A DNA stretch of 63,998 bases, filler included, from Nemertoderma westbladi (lineage: Eukaryota > Animalia > Xenacoelomorpha), in assembly GCA_032718475.1 (NCBI GenBank). It is 3 parts of 3 records of this genome, joined end to end, with 100 filler letters (N's around TTAATTAATTAA, not from the genome) between each part and the next. Parts side by side here need not be neighbours in the genome. Positions count along the whole stretch, not along the records: positions 38,670 to 63,998 come from JAUCBJ010001694.1; 2 more parts are not named here. The stretch is one strand, 5' to 3'. Shown in pieces: positions 48,144 through 59,000 of this stretch. The notes below the pieces were generated by a model. That model was not told the origin of the DNA, did no database searches, and saw only the letters and a program-made list of their open reading frames with translations. Within the stretch, counting starts at the first letter, position 1. Every line of letters starts with the position of its first letter. The translations under genes were made by a program, and so were the position numbers.

Positions 48144-49102
48144 TGTTTCAAGGAAAACTTCTCAGCAGCAAAAAATGTTCAGTTAATTAATGTACAGCCG
48201 TACTTTAAAATTACCTAACAATGAAAATCCCACACTTCACTGTATTTTTAAAACAGCGATTTATTCTTGATATTTTTTGACTAATTTCTAATAGAGTAAC
48301 GATCATTTATTAGCTTTTGAAAGTACAAATATAAATAGTTGCGAACTTAGTAAATATTGATGATACTTTGCCAAGAGATATCAGCTAATGGAACACGGAA
48401 GTGATATATTTAATTAATTAAGTTATTGTATACAGTATGAAGTTAAGACATAATAAATAATCCTAGATTTGGGTAAAGCCATTGGTGCTGTTTATTTTTT
48501 ATTTATGGTGTTTAGATATTGGGGGGGGGGGGGGGGGGGGCACTTGGTGGTTGGGTAGTCTTCTCCCACTAATTATCAATTAAGGGGAAGGATCATGTTA
48601 CAGTTGCGTAATTCCTACCAAAACAATAAACGGGAGTCATACTACGGTTTCATAATCAGCTAGACAATTATAATAATTTCCCTAGCGAAGTTTGCTGTGT
48701 TAGTACACTATTGACGCAATCAATTTTGAACAATCTCCATGCGAATATCGATTTTTTTAGTTTTAGATATTTAGTATATTCCAAGATGCTCTTTAAACTG
48801 TGGTGTGGTTGTTGGATACACGGGTATTAAACAAAGTAATCATATCAGTTAGAGTTAGTATTTCCAGTACTCTGTGTAGCCCTCCAACAAAGAACATGTT
48901 TACAAAGTTACATGAGTGTAGGGCCTTCGCGCAGCACTAAGTATAGATGAACATTTGAGTAGCAGCGACATTAGTGTACCTGGTCAATCAGTCGAGCTCT
49001 AGCAGGTAACAGGGGAACTATAGAAGTATTTCTTTGTATAGTACAGTAGTATGTCTAAACCGTTGATAAACTACATGTATTTTGTTCCACTTCATCAAAG
49101 AT

Positions 49103-49751
49103 CAGAGGCGCCGCTAGGGTGGGGCAGGAGGGGGCGGCCGCCCAGGGGCGCCACTTCAGGGGGGCGCAAAATCTAGAAATATTTAGGAGAGGAAATTGGG
49201 ACTATAAGCAAAATGTAGAAATTTAATCTTTAGTAGTGGTGGTTACATTATGGACCGCAAACCTAGGAAGACAAGACGTACTGCAGGCAGGCTGGCCTAT
49301 TATCTGTTGTAATTGGTATGTGCTCTTTCAGCAAACTTAAATTATTATTAAATTACTTACGAACTATAATGTTAGAGAAACGCTTGTCTGAACTAGCCCT
49401 GCTTAGTATAGATATGATAAATGTATGATAAATTATCATATTCTTTAAATATACTCACTTTCCATAATTATTTTGTGTTATAGTTTGTATTTTTTTTTTT
49501 TTTTTAACGTATATTAATCCAAATAAATGGAGCAATTGGGCAACAAGCTCTAAAGCTTATAAAAGCCCTCTTGCCGATTAATTACATATTTATGTTTATT
49601 GCACCACGGACACAGATAAATGTTAAATGAAACAAAAGCACATAGTTTGTATTTATTTTTAATTTTTTTTTTGGGGGGGGGGGGGTGTGGGGGGGGGGGG
49701 CGCTCAAAATGGGACTCGCCCAGGGGCACAAAAAACGAAGCTCCGCCTCCG
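49103..49751 (+). mobile_element. Non-autonomous hAT transposon
   Basis: Perfect 8-bp TSD TCAAAGAT; CAGAGGCG / CGCCTCCG termini; internal remnant SFSKLK..KNYLRT.M..KRLSELALLSI (hAT dimerisation domain) at ~49321-49412. Confidence 0.9.
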
Positions 49752-49994
49752 TCAAAGATTGACTGAGTTATTAGAATTCAAACATTTCCAACGGCGACAT
49801 AAAGTCTACTAATTACACCGCAACCGCCGCGCTACGCAAAGACTCACGCTAGACTTCGAGGCACACAATAATACTGGTTAATGTCAATGTGGGATGATTA
49901 CAATGGTAGCATACATACTTAACCAAAACAATAAATGAATTCTATAACCAACCACGTTATTGAAATCGTTGGCGTTTAACGGTATATTCACTTA

Positions 49995-50049
49995 CTAACT
50001 TACTGGCTAACTTACTGGCTAACTTACTGGCTAACTTACTGGCTAACTT
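49995..50049. repeat. 12-bp tandem repeat (CTAACTTACTGG)
   Basis: 4-5 copies. Confidence 0.85.
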
Positions 50050-50419
50050 CTAGCTATACTTTTTTATAATCGAATAAATTACTTTTCCAGATTCGAAATT
50101 TTAATAAGCAAGTTCAGGAATCTATAATAAATTAAACTATTTTATTAATTAATTAGCCAAATAACTTAACATAATTAATTTAATTCATTATTTTTAATTA
50201 GTTTTTAATTAGTAATTATTTTTAATGCATAAGGCATATATGCAATGTATAGGGTAATGGAGCCCTCTACCCAATAATGCATCCTGAGTGACATATAAGG
50301 TCACTCATATAACTCACTATATAACTCGGATAAGGCCTCAGATAAGGACTCTATATATCACTATATCATTCAGATAAGGCCTTCACATAATTCCTTCTTC
50401 TTTTAAATATAACGTAATC

Positions 50420-50816
50420 GGTTGGGTGCAGTCTTCGCCCGCGTCCAATCCTCGTCCGTGTACCACCTTCGCCCGGACAAACCTTCGCAAGCGTCCAATC
50501 TTCGCCCGCGTACAACCTTCGCCCAATAATAATTGTGTTAGTAACAATTTTAGTAACATATTGCGGGAAAGGAGCCGGTTACAGAGACCGTTTTTTCTAA
50601 CCAAAACAATAAACGATGGTGATACTAATTGAGGGAAAGGAGCCGGTTACAGAGACTGCATTTTCTGACCAAAACAATAATTGTTTATTGGGCGAAGGTT
50701 GCTCGCGGGCGAAGATTGCCTGCGGGTGAAGGTTTCCGCCGGGCGATAGTTGCTCATTTTGAGGGCGAAGATTGCTACGGGCGAAGATAGGACGCGGGCG
50801 AAGTTTGCTGCGTACC
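50420..50816. mobile_element. MITE with 8-bp TSD and GG...CC termini (Merlin- or Mutator-like)
   Basis: TSD ACGTAATC (50412-50419 / 50817-50824); inverted subterminal CTTCGCCC arrays. Confidence 0.8.
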
Positions 50817-50825
50817 ACGTAATCA

Positions 50826-51050
50826 CGCCCATGTGAAGAATACCAGGATTTCACTTTTCGGTCGACTTTTTATTGGAATTTTATATATGAAGATTTTTTA
50901 TTTTTTTTAATTTATCTTTATTAAGTGTTTTATAGCGCTTATTTCTGTCTTATAACCTGTACATATACTAATTCGTTTATTGTTTTGGTTAGATTCAGCC
51001 CTTCTGTAACCTGCGTTTTTGTTGAAAGTCTGGTATTCTTCACATTGGCC
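50826..51050. mobile_element. Second MITE with 8-bp TSD
   Basis: TIR core ATGTGAAGAATACCAG / CTGGTATTCTTCACAT; TSD CGTAATCA (50818-50825 / 51051-51058). Confidence 0.75.
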
Positions 51051-51720
51051 CGTAATCAGACCTCATAAACATAATCACAGTCACATACATTACATTTTAA
51101 GTGACTGATTAACTGATGTCGTCGCACAGGTGCGTTGCAAAGGCAGTGGCTTACGTTGTAGTAGTTGTACAGCTGTAACACAGGGAAGCAAAAACTCTGT
51201 GAAGCAATAAATAACTAAAGAATGTACGGTACCCTGCCAGTTAGTTGTGGGCTCACACTCACTGACTAACTGACAGCCAAGGTATTTACTACAACTTGCT
51301 GGCATCAAACCAATGGAATTTACAGATTACATAAGGTGTTAGTTACTCCAATTATGATTTGCTTTTGGAACTAAGCTAACCATAATAAAGAGAGGTTGAA
51401 AGTGACAGGTTAGTTAGCATTACCATCAATCAAACGCGAACCAATTATCGTATCATCCAATAGGCTGCGTTGCCCTATTCCTTTAAGCCCTTAAGGAATG
51501 CAACTAACTAACTACAATATATAATACATAATAATCAACATAGACAGACAGTATTTTTTTTATTAGGTACCGTAGTCCGTAGTTACCGGTGTTTATTTCT
51601 TTAGTCTGATGAGTCAGTGCCGTGTAATAGAGTAACACAAAAACTAATGTTGCTAAATGTTACTAATTTTCCAGTATTGGTTGGTTATTATTAATTCATG
51701 TTAATTCAACATTTTTCAAC

Positions 51721-52446
51721 ATGCCAAAGTCTTCGTCAGTGTGCACTTCGTGCAGAGACTCAACCCCACATGCCGTTCGCGGGGTGTATTACTGCCGGTT
51801 TAGGCCTTACACCTGTCGGTTGTGCCGGTACCAAACTGCTGCACGATGCAAGCTGTACCGCCACCTGAATGGAGTGAGACACAGGAGTTTAGTAGACCTA
51901 TACTCCGACCGAATACCCCAGAATATTCCCGCGCTATACTACGACGTCATGGATTACCGACAACCAGGGAGCTTTGTTTGCGAAGGGGATGTCCCGAGGT
52001 TTCTCGACATCGTTTTAGATCGAAAACTCACGCGTACGAAAATGCATGTGAAGAAATTAGATCCCAGTTTACGGGACAGTATCGAAAATATAACACCCAC
52101 CCCTACAGCTAATCTTAATAAATTAGGTAATACTTCCGATTTCGATAATTTACAGACTGTTTCAGCTGTTTATCTAACACAGTTAACCAATAGCGCTCCA
52201 CCAATTATAACTGCTAAACAATCGTCTGTACTTCCTCCTAATTACACCATCCATTACTTACCTGATCTGCATCCAATTAAAGCGGAAACCACCACCATTA
52301 TTCAAGGAGAGTCCAATTACAGAGAGGAATCAGCTGGGAACCCCATTATTAAGGACACTTATGATTCTGTGGCGAGTTATAATTACCAACCTGATCCATT
52401 CAAAGTTGAGCAACGCATTCGAATAGTTCCTGTGGAAGAGTTTTAA
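51721..52446 (+). CDS. Protein with an N-terminal C2H2 zinc finger, single exon
   Basis: ATG-initiated 241-codon ORF in AT-rich flanks; RPYTCRLCRY...LYRHLNGVRH; ATTAAA/AATAAA about 330 bp downstream. Confidence 0.65.
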   Translation: MPKSSSVCTSCRDSTPHAVRGVYYCRFRPYTCRLCRYQTAARCKLYRHLNGVRHRSLVDLYSDRIPQNIPALYYDVMDYRQPGSFVCEGDVPRFLDIVLDRKLTRTKMHVKKLDPSLRDSIENITPTPTANLNKLGNTSDFDNLQTVSAVYLTQLTNSAPPIITAKQSSVLPPNYTIHYLPDLHPIKAETTTIIQGESNYREESAGNPIIKDTYDSVASYNYQPDPFKVEQRIRIVPVEEF

Positions 52447-52655
52447 TAACCCAATGCAAATCAATTATGTTATGTTACTGATTTTGCAATGCAATTCATA
52501 TAGTAGTTTATAGCACTACTACAGCAAAAACAATGCAGTCATGGTTAGTTAAATATTATCTAGAAAGGCACAACAGGTACTGTGTACAGTTACATATTTT
52601 TAAGAGAATATTTTATGGAAGCCATTTCATTTTTAAAGTTTATGTTCATAATAAT

Positions 52656-52719
52656 GTAGTGTGCAATTGTAGTGTGCAATTGCAGTGTACAATTGTAGTG
52701 TGCAATTGAAGTGTGCAAT
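52656..52719. repeat. 13-bp tandem repeat (TGTAGTGTGCAAT)
   Basis: About 5 copies. Confidence 0.85.
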
Positions 52720-54619
52720 GAATCTGCTTTGTTCTATTCTTTTTTTTGCACGTTCAAATTTCATTCTCCATTAAACATTTTTATTTATTAAAAATAAATA
52801 TAAATAATAAATTTATTTCAGTTTTGGGACAGGTTTATAAGACACAGACAGTAATTTTAAACGGAATGACTTTGTTTTCTGTTCAAAGATAAAACTGGTA
52901 AATTGTTCATTTTTGAAATTCTAAAGTAGGCCTACCTATGTATATAGTACCACTATAATTCTGTAGAATATAATTATGCAGCGCAGGTTTTAGTAATTTT
53001 ATCATTAATGTTTCAGGGAGACCTGATATACCACAGGTGGTTCAGAATTAGTTAATTAGTTTTAAATAGCGATATGGTTCCCTGTTGTAGACAATATTGT
53101 ATAGGACTGTACTAGTGTGTGCAATAATAGATACGTCGCTTATTGGATATATAATTCAACGCTAATAGTTAGTAACAGTAAATAGTTTAATGTTAGGAAT
53201 TGCTTAGCTTATGCTTAGTTATCTATTGATTAGTTATGCTAAATTTCAATTTTCGCATGTATTAATGTAGGTAGGTGCATTGGATTGTGTTAGTGTAGCG
53301 TTATATATATTAGGACTGGAGTTAGTTTGTAATTATTAGGTTTATTGTTTTACGATTATTGTTTGGGCTTCCGTTATACATATATTTCCAAGAGACGTAT
53401 AAATAGATTAGATTAATAATAAACAGATTAGTTAAAATATTTATAAATATAGTGCAATTGTTTTATTACCGCTTATCATTTTAATTAATCTCTATGTCGT
53501 GAAAATGAATATTTTTATTGTCAAAATTCTTCCCTTCCTTAAACTCAGTTATTTATCAGTATGGTGTGATTATAATAATAAATACGAGGCCCTAGGCTAC
53601 TTGCGTTTACCATATTTAGGTACGAAAAAATATATATTTCGTTATTATGCTACTTTTACGGAGAAATTGATTATGAGTAATCATTTGAAATGTTATGCAG
53701 TTGCATAATAATTAATTTCTTATTTTTGTTTGAATAAAGTTGCGATTTAGTTTTGTGTGATTTTTCTACGAATCATAATTTACCGTTTTATTGTTTTTTT
53801 TTTAAATATATTTGATTTACTTATATTAATCGTTTGTTTAAAGGAATAATATTATAATTATTCGAATATCATTTATTGTAGTATTTGAATATGTTACGTA
53901 GATAGTAGACGTACAGTGTGCTACCAGTATACACCGTGCGGTTTGCTTTAGATAAAATATTGTTAGTATGTAGTAAGTAATACAGTTGTTGTTGTTTATG
54001 CTTGCGCTGTAGAGCCAGTATATTAATTTAATCAGTTTGCAGATTAATAAAAGGTATCTAAATGATTAATAAAAGGTTATCTTTGGTTCCAATAATAACG
54101 ATTATTCATTTGCTTCTCTATCTTACAACCAACGGTAAATTTATCTACTAAATGTTATTCTTAAAGGTTGCCCTTATAACCCAATTATAGGGGAATTTAC
54201 TAAATACGAAATATGCGGGATATAAAGTCTGTTCTCCACATCCCTGCGGGATATATTGCGTGCTTTACATACCGACGGGATGCTACTACTACTTGGTCGA
54301 GCGAGCTCGAACAGTGGAAATTAGATCATTCCTCCAGGACCCCCGATTCTCCATAGTCGTCACAATAAGGCGAAGATGCACTTTATGGTTGCTTATTGAG
54401 CTATTTTTTTTTTATCTTTGTTGCCGACGGGGGGGGGGGGGATTATGGTGTGGGATTGGGAATATGCTAGGTAACTGTAGCCGTGCTAGACTGAAAATAT
54501 TTAATATAAATAGGGCGCGGTAGAAATAGTGTTACCTTTGGGCGTTGTTGGGGAAAGTCAAAAATAAACACGGACGTATAACCAATATGAAATTACTGTA
54601 CCCATACACATACACGTTC

Positions 54620-55235
54620 GTGGGGACTTCGCGCAGCACGTAGTCGGCAAGCCTTGGCATACGGTTCATATAGAGCAAATGGGGCATGTCTAGTTTGGAC
54701 CCATATCCCATGCTATAAATGTATTCATTCGATATACAATCATATGTTAATCCGCTAGGTGGTGTCAAATTGTTATTCTGCAATTTCGTACTTACCAGTG
54801 CAGCACTGTACAGCAGTACCGTACCGGTAGGCCTATGTCATTACTTCTGAGTCTCTAGCGGATCCCCAATTAAATGTCGTAACTTTTCAATTTCGTAAAA
54901 GATAGACTTCATGATTCTCTACAGGCCACCAAAATTTCAGCTCAGGAAAATGAGGCCTTCCCGAGAAATTTAACATTTTCTAAAAACCACATAATCTGTC
55001 GTAGCTGACGTCAGACTGCATGATTTTTCACCAAACTTTACAAACTTTCTAAACTTTCTCTCTACTACTTACCTACTAAGTTTGGTTCAATTCCGAACGA
55101 GCGATGCCGAGAAATTCGCGTTCAAACATTTACCAGACGGACGGACAGACAGACGGACAGACAGACGGACATGCCCCATTTGCCCTATATGAACCGTATG
55201 CAAAGGCTCGCCGACTACGTGTCTCGCCCCACAAA
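54620..55235. mobile_element. DINE-1/Helentron-like non-autonomous repeat(s)
   Basis: ~55-bp inverted blocks (54637-54690 vs 55168-55222) and an adjacent (GACA/GACG)n microsatellite; a related fragment lies near 55590. Confidence 0.45.
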
Positions 55236-55759
55236 GCTTATTCTGACCAAAACATAATTTAACAATATTTAAACATCAGTATTACATCGACATAAGATAA
55301 TCATAAGATTAGTTTTAATATTTCTGAGAAATTTAGTCATCTAAATTATAAAACGCAAATTATCTGTCAAGACAGATAATTTAGGCATATTGATAATTTT
55401 AAGACAGACTTTACCTGTCATAAATCTCACGTGCTGGTACCGTCTGGCCTTTGGGTTGAGTGCAGATGAAAAGGGGGTTGAAGGGGAGGATCTGCCCTCC
55501 TTTCTTTGCTTGATTGACAGTTTTTTCAATTTGCTTAAATAGTTTTTATAATAGAATCACCCATATTTAATTTATGTATCACAACTGAGCCTCGTGCTGC
55601 GCGAAGGTCCCACAAACTTGTTAGTGGGTATGAATATCGCACATGTAATTCCATATGTAAAATATAGACCAATAGAGAATACAGTATAGGCCTATATAAT
55701 ATATCAAGATATAAATCGATCATAACTTTAAATTAAATTGAATAATAAATTTATTTAAA

Positions 55760-55945
55760 CTTTGATCCATTTTGTGGAACCTTTGACAAGCTGTGGAACA
55801 TTTTACCCATTTTGTCGAACCTTGACCAGTCTGTGGAACCTTTTATCAGGCTAAGGAACCACTGACCAAAATTTGGATCCAATGACCTATTTTGAGGAAG
55901 TTTGACCAGATTGTGGAAGCTTTGACCCTGTGGGACCTTTAACCA
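55760..55945. repeat. Degenerate ~21-bp minisatellite (TGTGGAACCTTTGACC core)
   Basis: About 9 diverged copies. Confidence 0.65.
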
Positions 55946-56063
55946 CAAGCGTCACGATGGCTTTAGATCGTAGGAATTGTAGTACTGTAGTATATAAAAA
56001 TTAATTTAAACTTATTATATTTTGTGCGTTTTAATAGAAGGGATACAGAGAATCTACAGGTAG

Positions 56064-59000
56064 GTACTGGACCTGGTGAACCGTACTGGGTGGGCGACTG
56101 CAACCTATCTAGTACAGGACCTGGTGAACCGTAATGGGTGGGCGACGGTAACCTATCTAGTACAGGACCTGGTGAACCGTACTGGGTGGGCGACGGTAAC
56201 CTATCTAGTACAGGACCTGGTGAACCGTACTGGGTGGGCGACGGTAACCTATCTAGTACAGGACCTGGTGAACTGTACTGGGTGGGCGGCGGTACCGTAA
56301 CCTATCTAGTACAGGACCTGGTGAACCGTACTGGGTGGGCGACGGTAACCTATCTAGTACAGGACCTGGTGAACCGTAATGGGTGGGCGACGGTAACCTA
56401 TCTAGTACAGGACCTGGTGAACCGTACTGGGTGGGCGACGGTAACCTATCTAGTACAGGACCTGGTGAACCGTACTGGGTGGGCGACGGTAACCTATCTA
56501 GTACAGGACCTGGTGAACCGTAATGGGTGGGCGACGGTAACCTATCTAGTACAGGACCTGGTGAACCGTACTGGGTGGGCGACGGTAACCTATCTAGTAC
56601 AGGACCTGGTGAACCGTAATGGGTGGGCGACGGTAACCTATCTAGTACAGGACCTGGTGAACCGTACTGGGTGGGCGACGGTAACCTATCTAGTACAGGA
56701 CCTGGTGAACCGTACTAGGTGGGCGACGGTAACCTATCTAGTACTGGACCTGGTGAACCGTACTGGGTGGGAGACGGTAACCTATCTAGTACAGGACCTG
56801 GTGAACCGTACTGGGTGGGCGACGGTAACCTATCTAGTACAGGACCACCTGGTGAACCGAACTGGGTGGGCGACGGTAACCTATCTAGTACAGGACCACC
56901 TGGTGAACCGAACTGGGTGGGCGACGGTAACCTATCTAGTACAGGACCTGGTGAACCGTACTGGGTGGGCGACGGTAACCTATCTAGTACAGGACCTGGT
57001 GAACCGTACTGGGTGGGTGGCAGTAACCTATCTAGTACAGGACCTGGTGAACCGTACTGGGTGGGCGACGGTAACCTATCTAGTACAGGACCTGGTGAAC
57101 CGTACTGGGTGGGCGACGGTAACCTATCTAGTACAGGACCACCTGGTGAACCGAACTGGGTGGGCGACGGTAACCTATCTAGTACAGGACCACCTGGTGA
57201 ACCGAACTGGGTGGGCGACGGTAACCTATCTAGTACAGGACCTGGTGAACCGTATTGGGTGGGCGACTGCAACCTATCTAGTACAGGACCTGGTGAACCG
57301 TACTGGGTGGGCGACGGTAACCTATCTAGTACAGGACCACCTGGTGAACCGTACTGGGTGGGCGACGGTAACCTATCTAGTACACGACCTGGTGAACCGT
57401 ACTGGGTGGGCGACGGTAACCTATCTAGTACTGGACCCGGTGAACCGTACTGGGTGGGCGACGGTAACCTATCTAGTACAGGACCTGATGAACCGTATTG
57501 GGTGGGCGACGGTAACCTATCTAGTACAGGACCTGGTGAACTGTACTGGGTGGGCGGCGGTAACCTATCTAGTACAGGACCTGGTGAACCGTACTGGGTG
57601 GGCGACGGTAACCTATCTAGTACAGGACCTGGTGAACCGTATTGGGTGGGCGACGGTAACCTATCTAGTACAGGACCTGGTGAACCGTACTGGGTGGGCG
57701 ACGGTAACCTATCTAGTACAGGGCCTGGTGAACCGTACTGGGTGGGCGACGGTAACCTATCTAGTACAGGACCTGGTGAACCGAACTGGGTGGGCGACGG
57801 TAACCTATCTAGTACAGGACCTGGTGAACCGTACTGGGTGGGCGACGGTAACCTATCTAGTACAGGACCTGGAGAACCGTACTGGGTGGGCGACGGTAAC
57901 CTATCTAGTACAGGACCTGGTGAACCGTACTGGGTGGGCGACGGTAACCTATCTAGTACAGGACCTGGTGAACCGTATTGGGTGGGCGACGGTAACCTAT
58001 CTAGTACAGGACCTGGTGAACCGTACTGGGTGGGCGACGGTAACCTATCTAGTACAGGACCTGGTGAACCGTACTGGGTGGGCGACGGTAACCTATCTAG
58101 TACAGGACCTGGTGAACCGTATTGGGTGGGCGACGGTAACCTATCTAGTACAGGACCTGGTGAACCGTACTGGGTGGGCGACGGTAACCTATCTAGTACA
58201 GGACCTGGTGAACCGTACTGGGTGGGCGACGGTAACCTATCTAGTACAGGACCTGGTGAACCGTACTGGGTGGGCGACGGTAACCTATCTAGTACAGGAC
58301 CTGGTGAACCGTACTGGGTGGGCGACGGTAACCTATCTAGTACGGGACCTGGTGAACCGTACTGGGTGGGCGGCGGTAACCTATCTAGTACAGGACCTGG
58401 TGAACCGTACTGGGTGGGCGACGGTAACCTATCTAGTACAGGACCTGGTGAACCGTACTGGGTGGGCGACGGTAACCTATCTAGTACAGGACCTGGTGAA
58501 CCGTAATGGGTGGGCGACGGTAACCTATCTAGTACAGGACCTGGTGAACCGTACTGGGTGGGCGACGGTAACCTATCTAGTACAGGACCTGGTGAACCGT
58601 ACTGGGTGGGCGACGGTAACCTATCTAGTACAGGACCTGGTGAACCGTAATGGGTGGGCGACGGTAACCTATCTAGTACAGGACCTGGTGAACCGTACTG
58701 GGTGGGTGACGGTAACCTATCTAGTACAGGACCTGGTGAACCGTAATGGGTGGGCGACGGTAACCTATCTAGTACAGGACCTGGTGAACCGTACTGGGTG
58801 GGCGGCGGTAACCTATCTAGTACAGGACCTGGTGAACCGTACTGGGTGGGCGACGGTAACCTATCTAGTACAGGACCTGGTGAACCGTACTGGGTGGGCG
58901 ACGGTAACCTATCTAGTACAGGACCTGGTGAACCGTACTGGGTGGGCGACGGTAACCTATCTAGTACGGGACCTGGTGAACCGTACTGGGTGGGCGACGG

